DNA of 64,000 nucleotides, from the NCBI GenBank assembly GCA_951406725.2, contig OX597822.1:95232001-95296000 (forward strand), in the 5' to 3' direction. The notes beneath the pieces are model-generated. The model searched no databases. It saw only the letters and a list, made by a program, of their open reading frames with translations, and had not been told where the DNA came from. The DNA comes from Octopus vulgaris. Taxonomy: Eukaryota. Both the position numbers and the translations under genes were made by a program. Shown in pieces: positions 12,913-25,949 of this stretch. Position 1 is the first letter of the stretch. Every line of letters begins with the position of its first letter.

Positions 12913-13174
12913 AAAAATGTGTATGTGTAATGGTTATGGCCTGTTATTGCGTCTCTTACTTTATTTGTTCATTTAGGCAATGTGTGTGTGAAAAGGGAAG
13001 AGAAAGAAGGGAAGAAAGTGGAGAAGAGAGAAAGAAAGCAAAAAGCTTTCAGTGATGACCACACTACACCTTTCCTTTTTTGAGGAGGTCATCCTTAAAC
13101 CATTCTAATACAATGGTAAATGACTAAATATATAAATGAATGATGAATAGGAAAGGGGATTCTCCTTTTCTTTC

Positions 13175-13246
<72 letters not shown>

Positions 13247-13495
13247 GCATATTTGTGTATGAGTTCTTATGCGTATATATATACATACATGCATACATAC
13301 ATACATACGTATGTATGTATATAGATCTATATCCACATATTTATGCCTATATATTCATATATGTGTGTGTGTATGTGAAGAACATGGTTAGATATCGTTT
13401 CCTATAAATCATCAAAATGTTCTTCATACATACATATTTGTATATGTATATATGTATATTATAAATATATGTAGTATATAATATAATGTAATATC

Positions 13496-13561
<66 letters not shown>

Positions 13562-13574
13562 CATATTCATAATT

Positions 13575-13870
13575 ACATTTTAAAATCTCTAATGACATTT
13601 AAGAATGGATGAGTGAATTGGTTTCCTATGTTATCACTTAGAAAGCGAGCTTCCATGTCTATTGAAGAACATGCCCATTTCACTCTAAGTGATATTAGAT
13701 GTAGAAAGTGGTATGTCGGGTGGTGAGTGGGTGTAGAAGTTATGTAGTGGGTGTAGTTGAGATGCAGCATACCAGATATTCTCATTTAGAAATTGAATCA
13801 TTAACCATTTTTATCAAACCGATTTGTGTTGATTTCGTGCAGGGTGGATGTGGAGGGACATGTGGTGTCT
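13575..13870 (-). pseudogene. Possible degenerate PLE reverse-transcriptase C-terminal fragment
   Basis: HPPCTKSTQIGLIKMVNDSIS and VKW...SDNIGNQF..FLNVIRDF loosely recall the Neptune-type HPP and WF..NIG..FL motifs. Confidence 0.3.
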
Positions 13871-14031
13871 TTATAGATATTTTGATACATAGATATGTAG
13901 GCAGGTCGTTAAGTATGCCTGTATGTATAGATGCATGCATGTGTACGTATGTGTATATAGATAGATGTATACACGTATATATGTACATGTATGTATAGAT
14001 ACGTACATACATATATACATACATACATACA

Positions 14032-14096
<65 letters not shown>

Positions 14097-15451
14097 GACT
14101 TACGCAAGTACAAACACACATACATATATATGTGCATATATACATTCGCAAAGTTAATTTATTCATATTTATAATTGCATGACTCATATACATGCGTAAA
14201 TATGTATATGAGTCTGCGCAGGAGATTTTATGCGTGTATAAGTGTAGGTGTGTTTAAATCTTTGTTTGAGGGAAAGAAAGAGAGAGAGGGAGAGAGAGAG
14301 AGAGAGAGAGGAAGAGGGGAAAGAGGGAGAGAAAGGAAGAGGGAGAGAGTGAGTGAGAAAGAGAATGTAAAAGGGTAAGAAAATGGGAATTATTTTATGC
14401 ATTAAAAAGCGGGAGCGAATGAAAGGCGGAATGTATGTATGATATTTAATATGGAGTGTCTAACGCTTCCATCAATTGCCATCCTCGACATGTAATTATA
14501 GTGAAGAGCTTCATATAGCTTATCTTTACTGAAGAGTGCTCCTGTGTTTCTCTTCAGTGGATAATATCCTTGAGCATGTTTGTCCTGAAGAGTATTGTAT
14601 CCCGTCTAAAACATGTGTTTTTTTTTATATCAAAGACCGACGTTTTTTGTAAGGCCGTGCTTGAATCTTGAGAGCGATTCCAAGTTGAAAGAAAATTACT
14701 ATCATTTCGTTACGACACTTACGGTTTTACAAAACCACACACAAAATGATCATAGTTGTTATATTTGGAAAGTCTCATAATTAATAAAGCCTATGAACAA
14801 ACTCATAAGTTGTTGATTTCCTATATTCAACTTAACTTTCTCTATCGAAAGCTTTTATGTTTGTTTTTATTTTTCTCTACGCCAATTAGTAACTTTCTCT
14901 TTGGACATATTATATTTTTCTTTTTAAATGCTTAGCTTTTAGTTTTCAACTAATATTTTCTATTATTACATTTAAAAAAAAAAATCACTTGAAAACTAAA
15001 GTCAAGTAGTTCAAAAAAATGTGTACCGCTTGAGAAAGTAACAGGTTAGTTTCAAATCAAAATGTTTGCTGAATAAATTCAAAATTAGATTATATACTAA
15101 TCAAATTTCTGAAAAAATCTGAATCCGTGTTCTCAGACAAAAGGAATAAATGTGATTGTTTGTAAGACATATGAATTGTGAATAGCTCTGTAGACAATTG
15201 TGCCCTCAACGTAAATTGGTTATTGATTAATTTTAGAAAAGTATAAACCAAGATATATTTACCATGAGTGCACGAACATAATTGGCCTCTAGATATAAAG
15301 TTATGGATGAATACCAGGGTAATTTTAACATAGATATATTTGTTATTGACAAACCTGATATAATTATCGTTTAGATATATATGTGTGTTTTCAATAATTC
15401 CCTAAATAATTGTTATATGTAGATATATTTGTTATTGATAAAGCTTGGCCG

Positions 15452-15517
<66 letters not shown>

Positions 15518-15518
<1 letters not shown>

Positions 15519-15885
15519 CTATATAAACGGCAGTTTGTCTGTGCGTGTTTCTGTGTGTCTGTTTTCTCGTACCCTCACTCTGACCACGGCTTTCAACCGA
15601 TTCTGATGAAACTTGACACACACATAGCCCAATGTCATAATTCAAAACTAACGCAGCGAAAATTTTGAAAAGTTCCCCCAGTTCTGAAAAAAATCGATAA
15701 ATTCGACATGGGGTCGAGAATCAGGAACCCAAACCACAGACCGTCTAGGGGACGCAACTCCACCATTTTTAACTCTCAAAAAAAATTTACCATAATTTTT
15801 TTTCCATTTTTTTGCTATTTTTTGGCTATAACTCTCTAAAAATGCTTTATAGTTATACCTGAGCAACGCCGGGCGATACTGCTAG
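15518..15885 (+). mobile_element. Non-autonomous Helitron
   Basis: A|TC start, subterminal GC hairpin GAGCAACGCCGGGCG, CTAG|T end, no TSD. Confidence 0.85.
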
Positions 15886-15887
15886 TA

Positions 15888-15943
<56 letters not shown>

Positions 15944-16310
15944 CATATATATATATATACATATATATCATATATATATATATATACATATATATATACA
16001 TATATATATATATATGTATGTTTGTGTGTGTGTGTGTATGCGTGTGTGTATATATATGTAGGTTTTAGCTAATTCACTATGTAATTGTTACATAAATATA
16101 TTTACTATAGATCTATAGATAATTGTTTTCCAGAGATAATATAAGCTATTGATAGTTTCTAGGCAATTCTAATATACATATATTCGTTATGGATAAGCCT
16201 TATATAATTGTCGTTAAAATGTGTGTGTGTGCGTGTGATGCCTGGTGTAGGTGGGTGCATATATGTATATACCATTATACCATGCCATGCGTATGTGTGT
16301 TATCATGTGG

Positions 16311-16350
<40 letters not shown>

Positions 16351-16383
16351 GTGTGTATATGTGTGTGTGTTATCATGTGGGTG

Positions 16384-16424
<41 letters not shown>

Positions 16425-16886
16425 GTGTGTATATGTGTGTGTGTGTTATCAATGACTCTCTAGATAATTGTAACGCAAATATATTCGTAATAGATGGCTT
16501 GAAGAAAACTGCCTTTTTTTTTTTAGAATGATCATAGGGTTCTTGATCACTCCTAGATAATTGTCTTATTTATATGTTATGGATGATCACAAATTAGAAG
16601 GCACAAATTAAAAAAAAAAAATGTTACGAATTACGGCGTCTACCATCGCTATTGTCCTTGTTTCTCAGATAGATAAACAAGATTTTCTAATATTTTTTGG
16701 CATCCAATCCAAAGAAAATATTTTGCTTCTGTTCTTTCCTCACTAAAGAAACTACATTTAAAGGAATGGCTCATTGTGACCCGGAAATGAATCAGTGTTA
16801 TATTTCTCTAAGATAACGAGCTTGTGGTAAGTTCCTACTTCGCTGACGTTATTCTAATACGCTGTTTATTATTTGGATTAAACATA

Positions 16887-17293
16887 GGCGCAGGAGTGGC
16901 TGTGTGGTAAGTAGCTTGCTAACCAACCACATGGTTCCGGGTTCAGTCCTACTGCGTGGCATCTTGGGCAAGTGTCTTCTGCTATAGCCTCGGGCCGACC
17001 AATGCCTTGTGAGTGGATTTGGTAGACGGAAACTGAAAGAAGCCCATCGTATATATGTATATATATATATATATGTATGTGTGTGTATGTGTTTGTGTGT
17101 CTGTGTTTGTCCCCCCAACATTGCTTGACAACCGATGCTGGTGTGTTTACGTCCCCGTCACTTAGCGGTTCGGCAAAAAAGAGACCGATAGAATAAGTAC
17201 TGGGCTTACAAAGAATAAGTCCCGGGGTCAATTTGCTCGACTAAAGGCGGTGCTCCCGCATGACCACAGTCAAATGACTGAAACAAGTAAAAA
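16887..17293 (+). mobile_element. SINE family A
   Basis: Full copy. Confidence 0.9.
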
Positions 17294-17390
17294 GGGGAAA
17301 AAAAATATTAAATACGATATCCCTTAAGGCGGTGGTAGAAAATAATGGCAAAGTCCTGATTATCTGCCTTTCAATATTTTATTTTCTCCT

Positions 17391-17782
17391 AAGGTGGCGA
17401 TTTGGCGTTAGCGCGCCGGGCGAAATGCTTAGCGGTATTTCGTCTGCCGCTACGTTCTGAGTTCAAATTCCGCCGAGGTCGACTTTGCCTTTCGCTTTTT
17501 CGGGGTCGATACATTAAGTACCAGTTACGTACTGGGGTCGATATAATCGACTTAATACCTATGTCTGTCCTTGTTTGTCCCTTCTGTGTTTAGCCCCTTG
17601 TGGGCAGTAAAGAAATAGGTATTTTGTCCGTCTTTACGTTCTGAGTACAAATGTCACCGGGGCCGACTTTGTTTTTCATCCTTTCGGGAACCATAAAATA
17701 AATACCAGTTATGCACTAGGGTCGATCTTATCAACTTACATCCTCCCTAATATTGCTGGCATTGTGCCAAAATTTGAAATCA
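17391..17782 (+). mobile_element. SINE family B with second body unit
   Basis: Head, body, AAAGAAATAG|GTATTT junction, then an older body. Confidence 0.85.
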
Positions 17783-18198
17783 GTATCTTATTTTCTCCAG
17801 TAAGGCGGCGAGCTAGCATGTTCGTTACTTAGCTGCTTTTCCTACGGGTCGCCATGGATCTTTTTCCTAAGTACCAGCTATGTACTAGTTTATGATGTCT
17901 GCTACAGCGTTACCCTACAAATGTATGTAACGTAGTACCAATGTATCAAATTCTCTGATGATTAAGGCAGCAGAAACGATAGAACATCGGAACTAAATGG
18001 GACTCTATAAATTCTGAATTGAAATCTTGCCATAGAGCTCTTCTCACTCTCTGTCTCTCTCTCCCTCACTACATATATTTTTCATTCCTTTTCTCCCCTA
18101 TTAAGAGAGTAAGAAAAAAAGAAGAATAAAAACTATCGTATATAATTTTTAACGGTTTTAAATGAACATAGACCAACTAATTTCATGATCCCAAGCTA

Positions 18199-18248
18199 TG
18201 TTGTACTGATGAGCTCATAAGCAGGGCGAAATAGTGCTATCTACAACA
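18199..18248 (+). ncRNA. Canonical type-I hammerhead ribozyme motif
   Basis: TGTTGTA-CTGATGA-GCTC-ATAAGCA-GGGC-GAAA-TAGTGCTAT-C-TACAACA: 7-bp stem I, 4-bp stem II, self-complementary stem III, AUC site at 18241. Confidence 0.85.
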
Positions 18249-18320
18249 AGTAGGGCACTTAAGAAATGTATTAGATGGAATTATTATTTCATATATTCTG
18301 TCACTCATAAGAAAATGACC

Positions 18321-18336
18321 TAATATAATAATAATG

Positions 18337-18404
<68 letters not shown>
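18321..18404 (+). repeat. (TAA)n microsatellite at the LINE 5' junction
   Basis: Direct inspection. Confidence 0.95.
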
Positions 18405-18405
<1 letters not shown>

Positions 18406-19135
18406 TGAAACCATTGATCATGTTGCCTCCATGTACAGTCTTCTTGTGCCTACAGAGTATCTCAACAGGCATGATAGAGCTGCACAGTATATTCACTTGG
18501 TAATTTGCAAAAACCTGGACCTGCTCCATGATAAAAACAGGTGGGAACACAAACCACCTCCAGTGCTTGAAAATGATCACATCTCACTCCTCTGGAACTT
18601 CACCGTTCAAACTGACAGAAAGATAGATGCAAATAGACCAGACATCATATCAAAAGACTTCAGACAAAGTACATGCCTTCTCATTGATATGACTGTCACA
18701 ATCGACATAAATGCATCTGTCAAAACCTACCAAAAACGGAGCAAGTATAAAGATCTTGAAATAGAAATTGGCAAAATGTGGAACCTCAAACTAAAACAAT
18801 GTCTGTTGTCATAGGTGCCCTAGGAATGATAGCAAAAGAGGTTGACTGTCACCTAGCTCATATACCAGGAAACCTCAAAATGGCAGAAATTCAAAAGATA
18901 GTGCTCATGGGAACTGCCCATATCCTACGTAAAATTCTGTCTATGTAATCTCAAATCTAAACAATAACTCAATTTTCTTATGTTTCCTTAAAAATTCTCT
19001 AGAACAATACTTTGTGCGAAACCAAATATACGATACCCTAGGGATAATGCCAACTTGAACTTCTAACTTGTTTTCTCTTGAGGTCTCTGGGTGAGACTTG
19101 GAGTCGACTTGTACAAAGCAAAAGTCAAACATTCT
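18405..19135 (+). mobile_element. R4/Dong-like LINE 3' fragment (RLE endonuclease plus 3' UTR), frameshifted
   Basis: ETIDHV, YLNRHD, LLWNFTVQTDRKIDANRPDII, LLIDM and KRSKYKDL; frameshift near 18795, then [27 protein letters not shown] ending at 18948. Confidence 0.9.
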
Positions 19136-19211
19136 TAGTAAACTCTCTCCCTTTCTTACTCCGAAAGCAACTGTAAGTGGTAGCACCAACAGTTTCGAGC
19201 GAAAAATGTTC

Positions 19212-19307
<96 letters not shown>

Positions 19308-19575
19308 ATGTATGTATGTATGTATGTATGTATGTATGTATGTATGTATGTATGTATGTATGTATGTATGTATGTATGCATGTATACATATCGAGACATG
19401 CAAACACAGTAAGCAGACACGTGTTATGTTCCTGGTGAAGCCAAACTATCCGTAACTTGTCCAAAACTTGTCTTGTATAGTCATTGGTTAAATGAAAAAA
19501 TTAAGTTAGTCATCGACTGATATTATTGTCGCACCACATATCTTAAGAATCATATACACGCTAATAAATCTTACA

Positions 19576-19623
<48 letters not shown>

Positions 19624-19624
19624 T

Positions 19625-19667
<43 letters not shown>

Positions 19668-19733
19668 ATATATATATATATATATGTATGTATATATATA
19701 TATATATGTATGTATGTATATAAACATGCATTT

Positions 19734-19869
<136 letters not shown>

Positions 19870-19872
19870 ATA

Positions 19873-20268
19873 CTAGCAGTATCGCCCGGCGTTGCTCGGG
19901 TTTGTAAGGGAAATAACTATATAAGCATTTTTAGAGAGTTATAGCCAAAAATAGCAAAAAAATGCATTAAAAATGGAAAAAAAATTAAGGTAAATTACTT
20001 TTTAAATCGTTGACACATCGTAGATATTTTTAGAGAGTTACTTCCCTTATATAATAGCGAAAAAAATGCATTAAAATGGAAAAATATGATGGTAAATTTT
20101 TTTAAATCGTAGACTCATCGTAGACGCGCGCTAATACCCAGAAGGGCTCGATATGACTCACGACTATAAGATACCCGGTTTTGGTTACACTGCACCGCAA
20201 AATGTGGGAGTAGTTACGAATCTAAATCGTAGGAGACAGACACACAACTTCACTCTTATATATAAAGA
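19873..20268 (-). mobile_element. Non-autonomous Helitron
   Basis: Reverse-complement copy of 45149-45543, with TC...CTAG termini at an A|T site. Confidence 0.88.
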
Positions 20269-20380
20269 TATAAGTCACGTAGTTATATACACATACTTTG
20301 TTATATACACATTCTTAAAAGAAAATGTTATTTTGAATACAACATTTATAAAGAATAAAATATTTTTTGGTTTTTCTTAA

Positions 20381-21010
20381 CCCTTTCGTTACTATATTTC
20401 TGACCAAAATACACCCCTTATGTGTTTCAATTAATTTCTAACGTAATCATAAATTTAGTCTGGTTTCATTAAACAACAATAACTTTTTTATTTATCGATA
20501 TATTAATGTGATTTTTGGAAGATAATTTAATGAAATGTCCTCAACCAATTCTATACTATAATTTTTGTCACAAAGTGACTCTAATTGCAGGTAGATACAG
20601 GTAAATTCAACAATATATAAAATTATTAAAATTTTGTTCAAACATTGCTATAGAAAATGGGTTACTAGCTAATATTCAATTGGGTATACAACAAAATTTT
20701 ACGATAAAATTTGTTATTCTGGGTAACTTTCTGATACCCATAATAATATTTATGGCAAAATAGGCCTTAATTTCATTTAAGGTTGTGGGAAATAACAAAC
20801 TATCCTTTCTTTCGCTTTGTTTACGTTTAGCGTAACGGTTCGTTTCCGCTGTAATGATTTCAAATAGGCTCATTCGAAAAAGTAAAAAGAAATAGTTTAA
20901 GGCTTTATACTCTTCTGGGAAAGTCTGTGGCTTGGTGCAGTTTCTTCAGAAAAATCACCGAAAGAAACAGTTTTTAAATTTTCACTCCATTCAGGTACCA
21001 ATTCATTTTC
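20381..21010 (-). mobile_element. piggyBac fragment (one terminus plus transposase N-terminal relic)
   Basis: TTAA|CCCTTT terminus at 20377-20386. ORF 20676-20873 reads LFEIITAETNRYA...PTTLNEIKAYFAINIIMGIRKLP, a PGBD/DDE_Tnp_1_7-type motif. Confidence 0.8.
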
Positions 21011-21099
21011 TTAATCGCTGTCGGATTCACTGTTTTCACTTTAATAGTTGCAAACTTGCAAAGACAAAGGAGGAGAAGGGTGATAGCGTCAGTGAAACA

Positions 21100-21347
21100 G
21101 TTCGCTCCCTTTGTGTGTGTGTGCGTTTGCGTGTGGTGTATCCCACACTAAGAAAAACATTTGACATATACACCAGAATGTGAGTTTTCTCTAAATTTTG
21201 CTTAATTGGGGTTGAAATTTTCAAAACTGGACCTGGCACGACCCGATGCATTCTACTCTTAAAAATTGTAATTGAAGAAATCCTATATTGTAGATTTCTA
21301 TAAGATACAAAGGGAGGCAGATAAAATCTGCCTTTTATAATAAGAGA
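21100..21347 (-). mobile_element. Probable Helitron 5' end
   Basis: Minus strand starts A|TCTCTTATTATAAAAGGCAG, like the other Helitron 5' ends here. No adjacent CTAG end seen. Confidence 0.45.
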
Positions 21348-21782
21348 TATATATATATAAATATATATATACATACATATATATATATATATATTCATAT
21401 ATATATATGTAAACACACACACACGCGCACACACACATGTTCGCGCGCACACATACACGCACGTGAAGTGTATCACGAAGCATTTGTAAGCTAGTTATGC
21501 GTGTTCTAGCCTTGCTGCTTGGCAGAAGTGGCGTTTGGGTGAGGTCTGTGGCTTGAGGATAACTTCCACTTTTATTCCTGTCGGTCTCGCAGACCCTGAG
21601 AGAAATAACGGGCAACGGATGTTCTCCGTTCACCACCATTCATGGCAGTAACAAAACTATATAACATCTTAATCAATGATCCAATATTTTCACTTTGTAA
21701 AACAAGGAAATGAAGGGAGATAATTATCAACTAGCATGGACCATAATCGAAACAACTGTATATAGTGTACATGTTATTATTA

Positions 21783-21982
21783 TGGTTGCCCCTCGTTATC
21801 GAGTATGGCCATTGCACGAAGCTTAACTGTTATTGGTGCTGTGATCGAATGTGACTTTTTAGCCCAACTAAAGATCTACAATGTCTTGTACAGAATTGGC
21901 AACTAAAACCTTTACCGGTAATAGCCGGCTGTAGTTGTAACTGGGCTTCATGTACCTTTGCATGTCGTTTAAGTCCTCCTGC
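21783..21982 (-). mobile_element. RTE-clade LINE 3' end (C2H2 fingers plus 3' stem-loop)
   Basis: GLKRHAKVH...FSCQFCTRHCRSLVGLKSHIRSQHQ*, followed by the tail CTTCGTGCAATGGCCATACTCGATAACGAGGGGCAACC. Confidence 0.75.
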
Positions 21983-22003
21983 ATACACACACACACACAC
22001 ACA

Positions 22004-22084
<81 letters not shown>

Positions 22085-22089
22085 GGCCG

Positions 22090-22150
22090 GATAACTGAAG
22101 AAATGGCGGCGTGGATTTCCACCTCGGCATCCGAAACTCGGAGTTTTATC
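22090..22150 (+). ncRNA. Hammerhead-like motif with long stem II (family shared with 61605)
   Basis: GATAA-CTGAAGA...GAAACTCGGAGT-T-TTATC; stem I GATAA/TTATC. The base of stem II is imperfect. Confidence 0.6.
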
Positions 22151-22255
22151 ATAGCTACCGAATAATTGTCACATATTGCATTTACAGATAAATTCCTCTA
22201 TTTACATAATATCGAGGCCTCTTTCATTCTTTTGTTGTCTTACCATTTTTATCAA

Positions 22256-22330
<75 letters not shown>

Positions 22331-22967
22331 GTATATATATATGCATATCTCATATATACATATATGTGTGTGAGTGTGTGTGTGTGTGTGAGAGTATGAT
22401 GTGTGTCTATTTATACATGCAAGTATGCATAAAATCATACACGGAATGAAATATACATACATACAAGTGTGTGTATGTATAATCTCAAACTAAGAAGATA
22501 ATAGAATTTCTGAATGACTCTCGAGTGTCATGCACGCATATAAATGTACTTTCGCACAAAGCAATGGGAATGAATTTTGAGTCACCGTTAACTCAACTTA
22601 ATTTACTTTAAGGTATGGATGAGTTAAGTTTACTTTTAACCTCCGCATTCTTATAAACACCAAGTTGATAAATAACTCGCTTTGTGATCATGAGTGCACC
22701 AAACTTCACGTGTGGTATGCTCACAGTTTTGCGGATGCTTGTATGAGCGAGTGTACTCGCGCCATGCAGCTCACCCGAGGGCGTTTATACACCCGTATTC
22801 GCCCTGAGAGACCCACGTATGTGGACGAATAGTGCTAAGAAGTACGGATACATCGTTAGCAAAGGAGAAACTTGTAGGGGGTTTTCGCATGAAAGACACT
22901 TGTAGCAAATGAGTTCTGAAATGTATAAAAATAAACTTGGTTACCCTGAGTAAGCAAAACCGATATA

Positions 22968-23568
22968 CTTCTTTACTGCCCGCAATGGGCTAAACATAGA
23001 GGGGACAAAGAAGGACAGACAAAGGGATTAAGTCGATTATATCGACCCCAGTGCGTAACTGGTATTTAACTATCGACCCCGAAAGGATGAAGGGCAAAGT
23101 CGACCTCGGTGGAATTTGAACTCAGAACGTAACGGCAGGCGAAATACCTATTTCTTTACTACCCACAAGGGGCTAAACACAGAGAGGACAAACAAGGACA
23201 GACAAAGGGATTAAGTCGATTATATCGACCCCAATGCGTAACTGGTACTTAATTTATCGACCCCGAAAGGATGAAGGGCAAACTCGACCTCGGTGGAATT
23301 TGAACTCAGAATGTAACGGCAGACGAAATACCTATTTCTTAACTACCCACAAGGGGCTAAACACAGAGAGGACAAACAAGGACAGACAAAGGGATTAAGT
23401 CGATTACATCGACACCAGTGCGTAACTGGTATTTATTTATTTATCGACCCCGAAAGGATGAAGGGCAAAGTCGACCTCGGTGGAATTTGAACTCAGAACG
23501 TAACGGCAGACGAAATACGGCTACGCATTTCGCCCGGCAGGCTAACGGTTCTGCCAGCTCGCCGCCTT
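22968..23568 (-). mobile_element. SINE family B with triplicated body inside one TSD
   Basis: One head plus three ~185-bp bodies. TSD TGAGTAAGCAAAACC at 22947-22961 and 23569-23583. Confidence 0.92.
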
Positions 23569-23727
23569 TGAGTAAGCAAAACCAATAAGCTGGTGCTTAA
23601 AATTTGGTTATCAAACGTCACTATTTTAGTCCTTTGTTTCCGCGTCTCAATTATGGTATTTATTTAGCGTATGATAGGTGCATCGCAGAAGATAACATAA
23701 TTCTTATATAAGCATATACATACCATA

Positions 23728-23892
23728 GGCGCAGGAGTGGCTGTGTGGTAAGTAGCTTGTTTACCAACCACATGTTTCCGGGTTCAGTCCCACTGCGTGG
23801 CACCTTGGGCAAGTGTCTTCTGCTATAGCCTCGGGCCGACCAATGCCTTGTGAGTGGATTTGGTAGACGGAAACTGAAAGAAGCCTGTCGTA

Positions 23893-23945
<53 letters not shown>

Positions 23946-24160
23946 ATGTTTGTGTGTCTGTGTTTGTCCCCCTTGCATTGCTTGACAACCGATGCTGGTG
24001 CGTTTACGTCTCCGTCACTTAGCGGTTCGGCAAAAGAGACTGATAGAATAAGTACTGGGCTTACAAAGAATAAGTCCCGGGGTCGATTTGCTCGACTAAA
24101 GGCGGTGCTCCAGCATGGTCGCAGTCAAATGACTGAAACAAGTAAAAGAGTAAAAGAGTA
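23728..24160 (+). mobile_element. SINE family A
   Basis: Full copy. Confidence 0.9.
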
Positions 24161-24239
24161 TACCTGCAAACATATATACATGCATATAGGCAAACATACA
24201 TATATACCTACATACAAACACACGCACGCGCGCGCGCAT

Positions 24240-25110
24240 ATGCACTCTGGTACACATACAAACACACACACAAACGCATACGCATTCTGGTACACATACA
24301 AACACACACACACACGCACACGCACACGCACTCTGGTATACATACAAACACACACACACGCACACGCACTCTGGTATACATACAAACACACATACACACA
24401 CGCACACGCACTCTGGTACACATACAAACACACACAGACACACGCACATGCACTCTGGTACACACATACACACACACGTACACTCTGGTACACATACAAA
24501 CACACACACACCCGCTCTGGTATACATACAAACACACCCACACCCACACACGCACTCTGGTATACATACAAACACACACACACACATGCACACGCACTCT
24601 GGTATATATACAAACACACACACACACGCACATGCACTCTGGTACACACACACACACTGGTACACATACAAACACACACACACACGCACTCTGGTACACA
24701 TACAAACACACACAGACACACGCACATGCACTCTGGTACGCACACACACATACACACGCACTCTGGTATACATACAAACACACACACACACGCACACACG
24801 CACTCTGGTATACATACAAACGCACACATACACACGCACACACGCACTCTGGTACACATACACACGCACACACGCACTCTGATACACTTACAAACACACA
24901 CACACACATGCACACGCACTCTGGTATATATAGAAACACACGCACATGCACTCTGGTACAGACACACTGGTACACATACAAACACACACACACGCACACA
25001 CGCACTCTGGTACACATACAAACACACACATACACACACGCACATGCACTCTGGTACACACACACACACACGTACACGCACTCTAGTACACATACAAACA
25101 CGCACACACA
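24240..25110. repeat. Variable-period minisatellite: GCACTCTGGTA(C/T)ACATACAAA motif in CA-rich spacers
   Basis: About 24 motif copies, mostly 30-45 bp apart. Confidence 0.9.
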
Positions 25111-25349
25111 CATATTCATAAATTCGTATTTCTGATTTTATAAGTACAGCTCTATATTTTTCCAACCAAAAAATACATCTGTGTATGCATGTAAAGTTAA
25201 CTAAATGATATTTCGTTTTTGGATTTGGTTTGCAAGATTCTTTATATGAGTTCGTGTGTTGAAGCATATTCTGTTGTGTCTGGGAGAGTCATTTTCTTTT
25301 TGTGCCTTATTATTTAACAGTATATTATTGAACAGTATAATATTATTTA

Positions 25350-25876
25350 ACAGTATAATAATATATCATAATATTAATTCTCCGATTTGAAGCAACAATT
25401 TTTAAACACAAACAAGTGACTGGAAAATAATGAGCTAACCTCAGGCAGAATTGAATCCACAAATTGTGTAGTTAAAAGATATTTCACAGGATACATCAAA
25501 ACAGTTGTAGAAGTTTCCTTTTATCATGTAATACTATGTAACAACTTTGCTAATATATTCCATAAAGCTGACATGGATCTAAATAATACAGTGATTCTCA
25601 GCAAAGATTCTATTTTGAATAATAGATTTTAGAACAAGATGGCCAACACTTCTAAAGATGTAATACAATATCGTCTGCAATGTGAAGATAAGACAGAAAA
25701 CACAATTGTTAACGACGTTAATTATTTCAACTAAACTGGGGAATATCATGTCATGTGTGTGGTTAGACACGTACGCAGACTCACATACTCACACACACAC
25801 ACGCATACATATATTACACGCACGCGCACATTCATAAACACACACATACTTAACACACACGCACACACATGCACAC

Positions 25877-25949
<73 letters not shown>

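Noticed and set aside
21830-21982. Host C2H2 zinc-finger gene exon
   Set aside because: It is immediately followed by a retroposon 3' tail also found at 55890-55944, so it fits an RTE C-terminus better.
24240-25110. CRISPR-like repeat-spacer appearance
   Set aside because: The spacers are low-complexity CA of variable length, there are no cas genes, and the context is eukaryotic.
23850-25267. Longest ORFs (423, 380 and 303 aa)
   Set aside because: They are translations of a SINE plus CA-rich repeat that lacks stop codons in several frames on both strands; no domain content.
25420-25520. Possible very long stem-II hammerhead in the outer palindrome arms
   Set aside because: The core is altered in all three copies and the stem I register does not fit.
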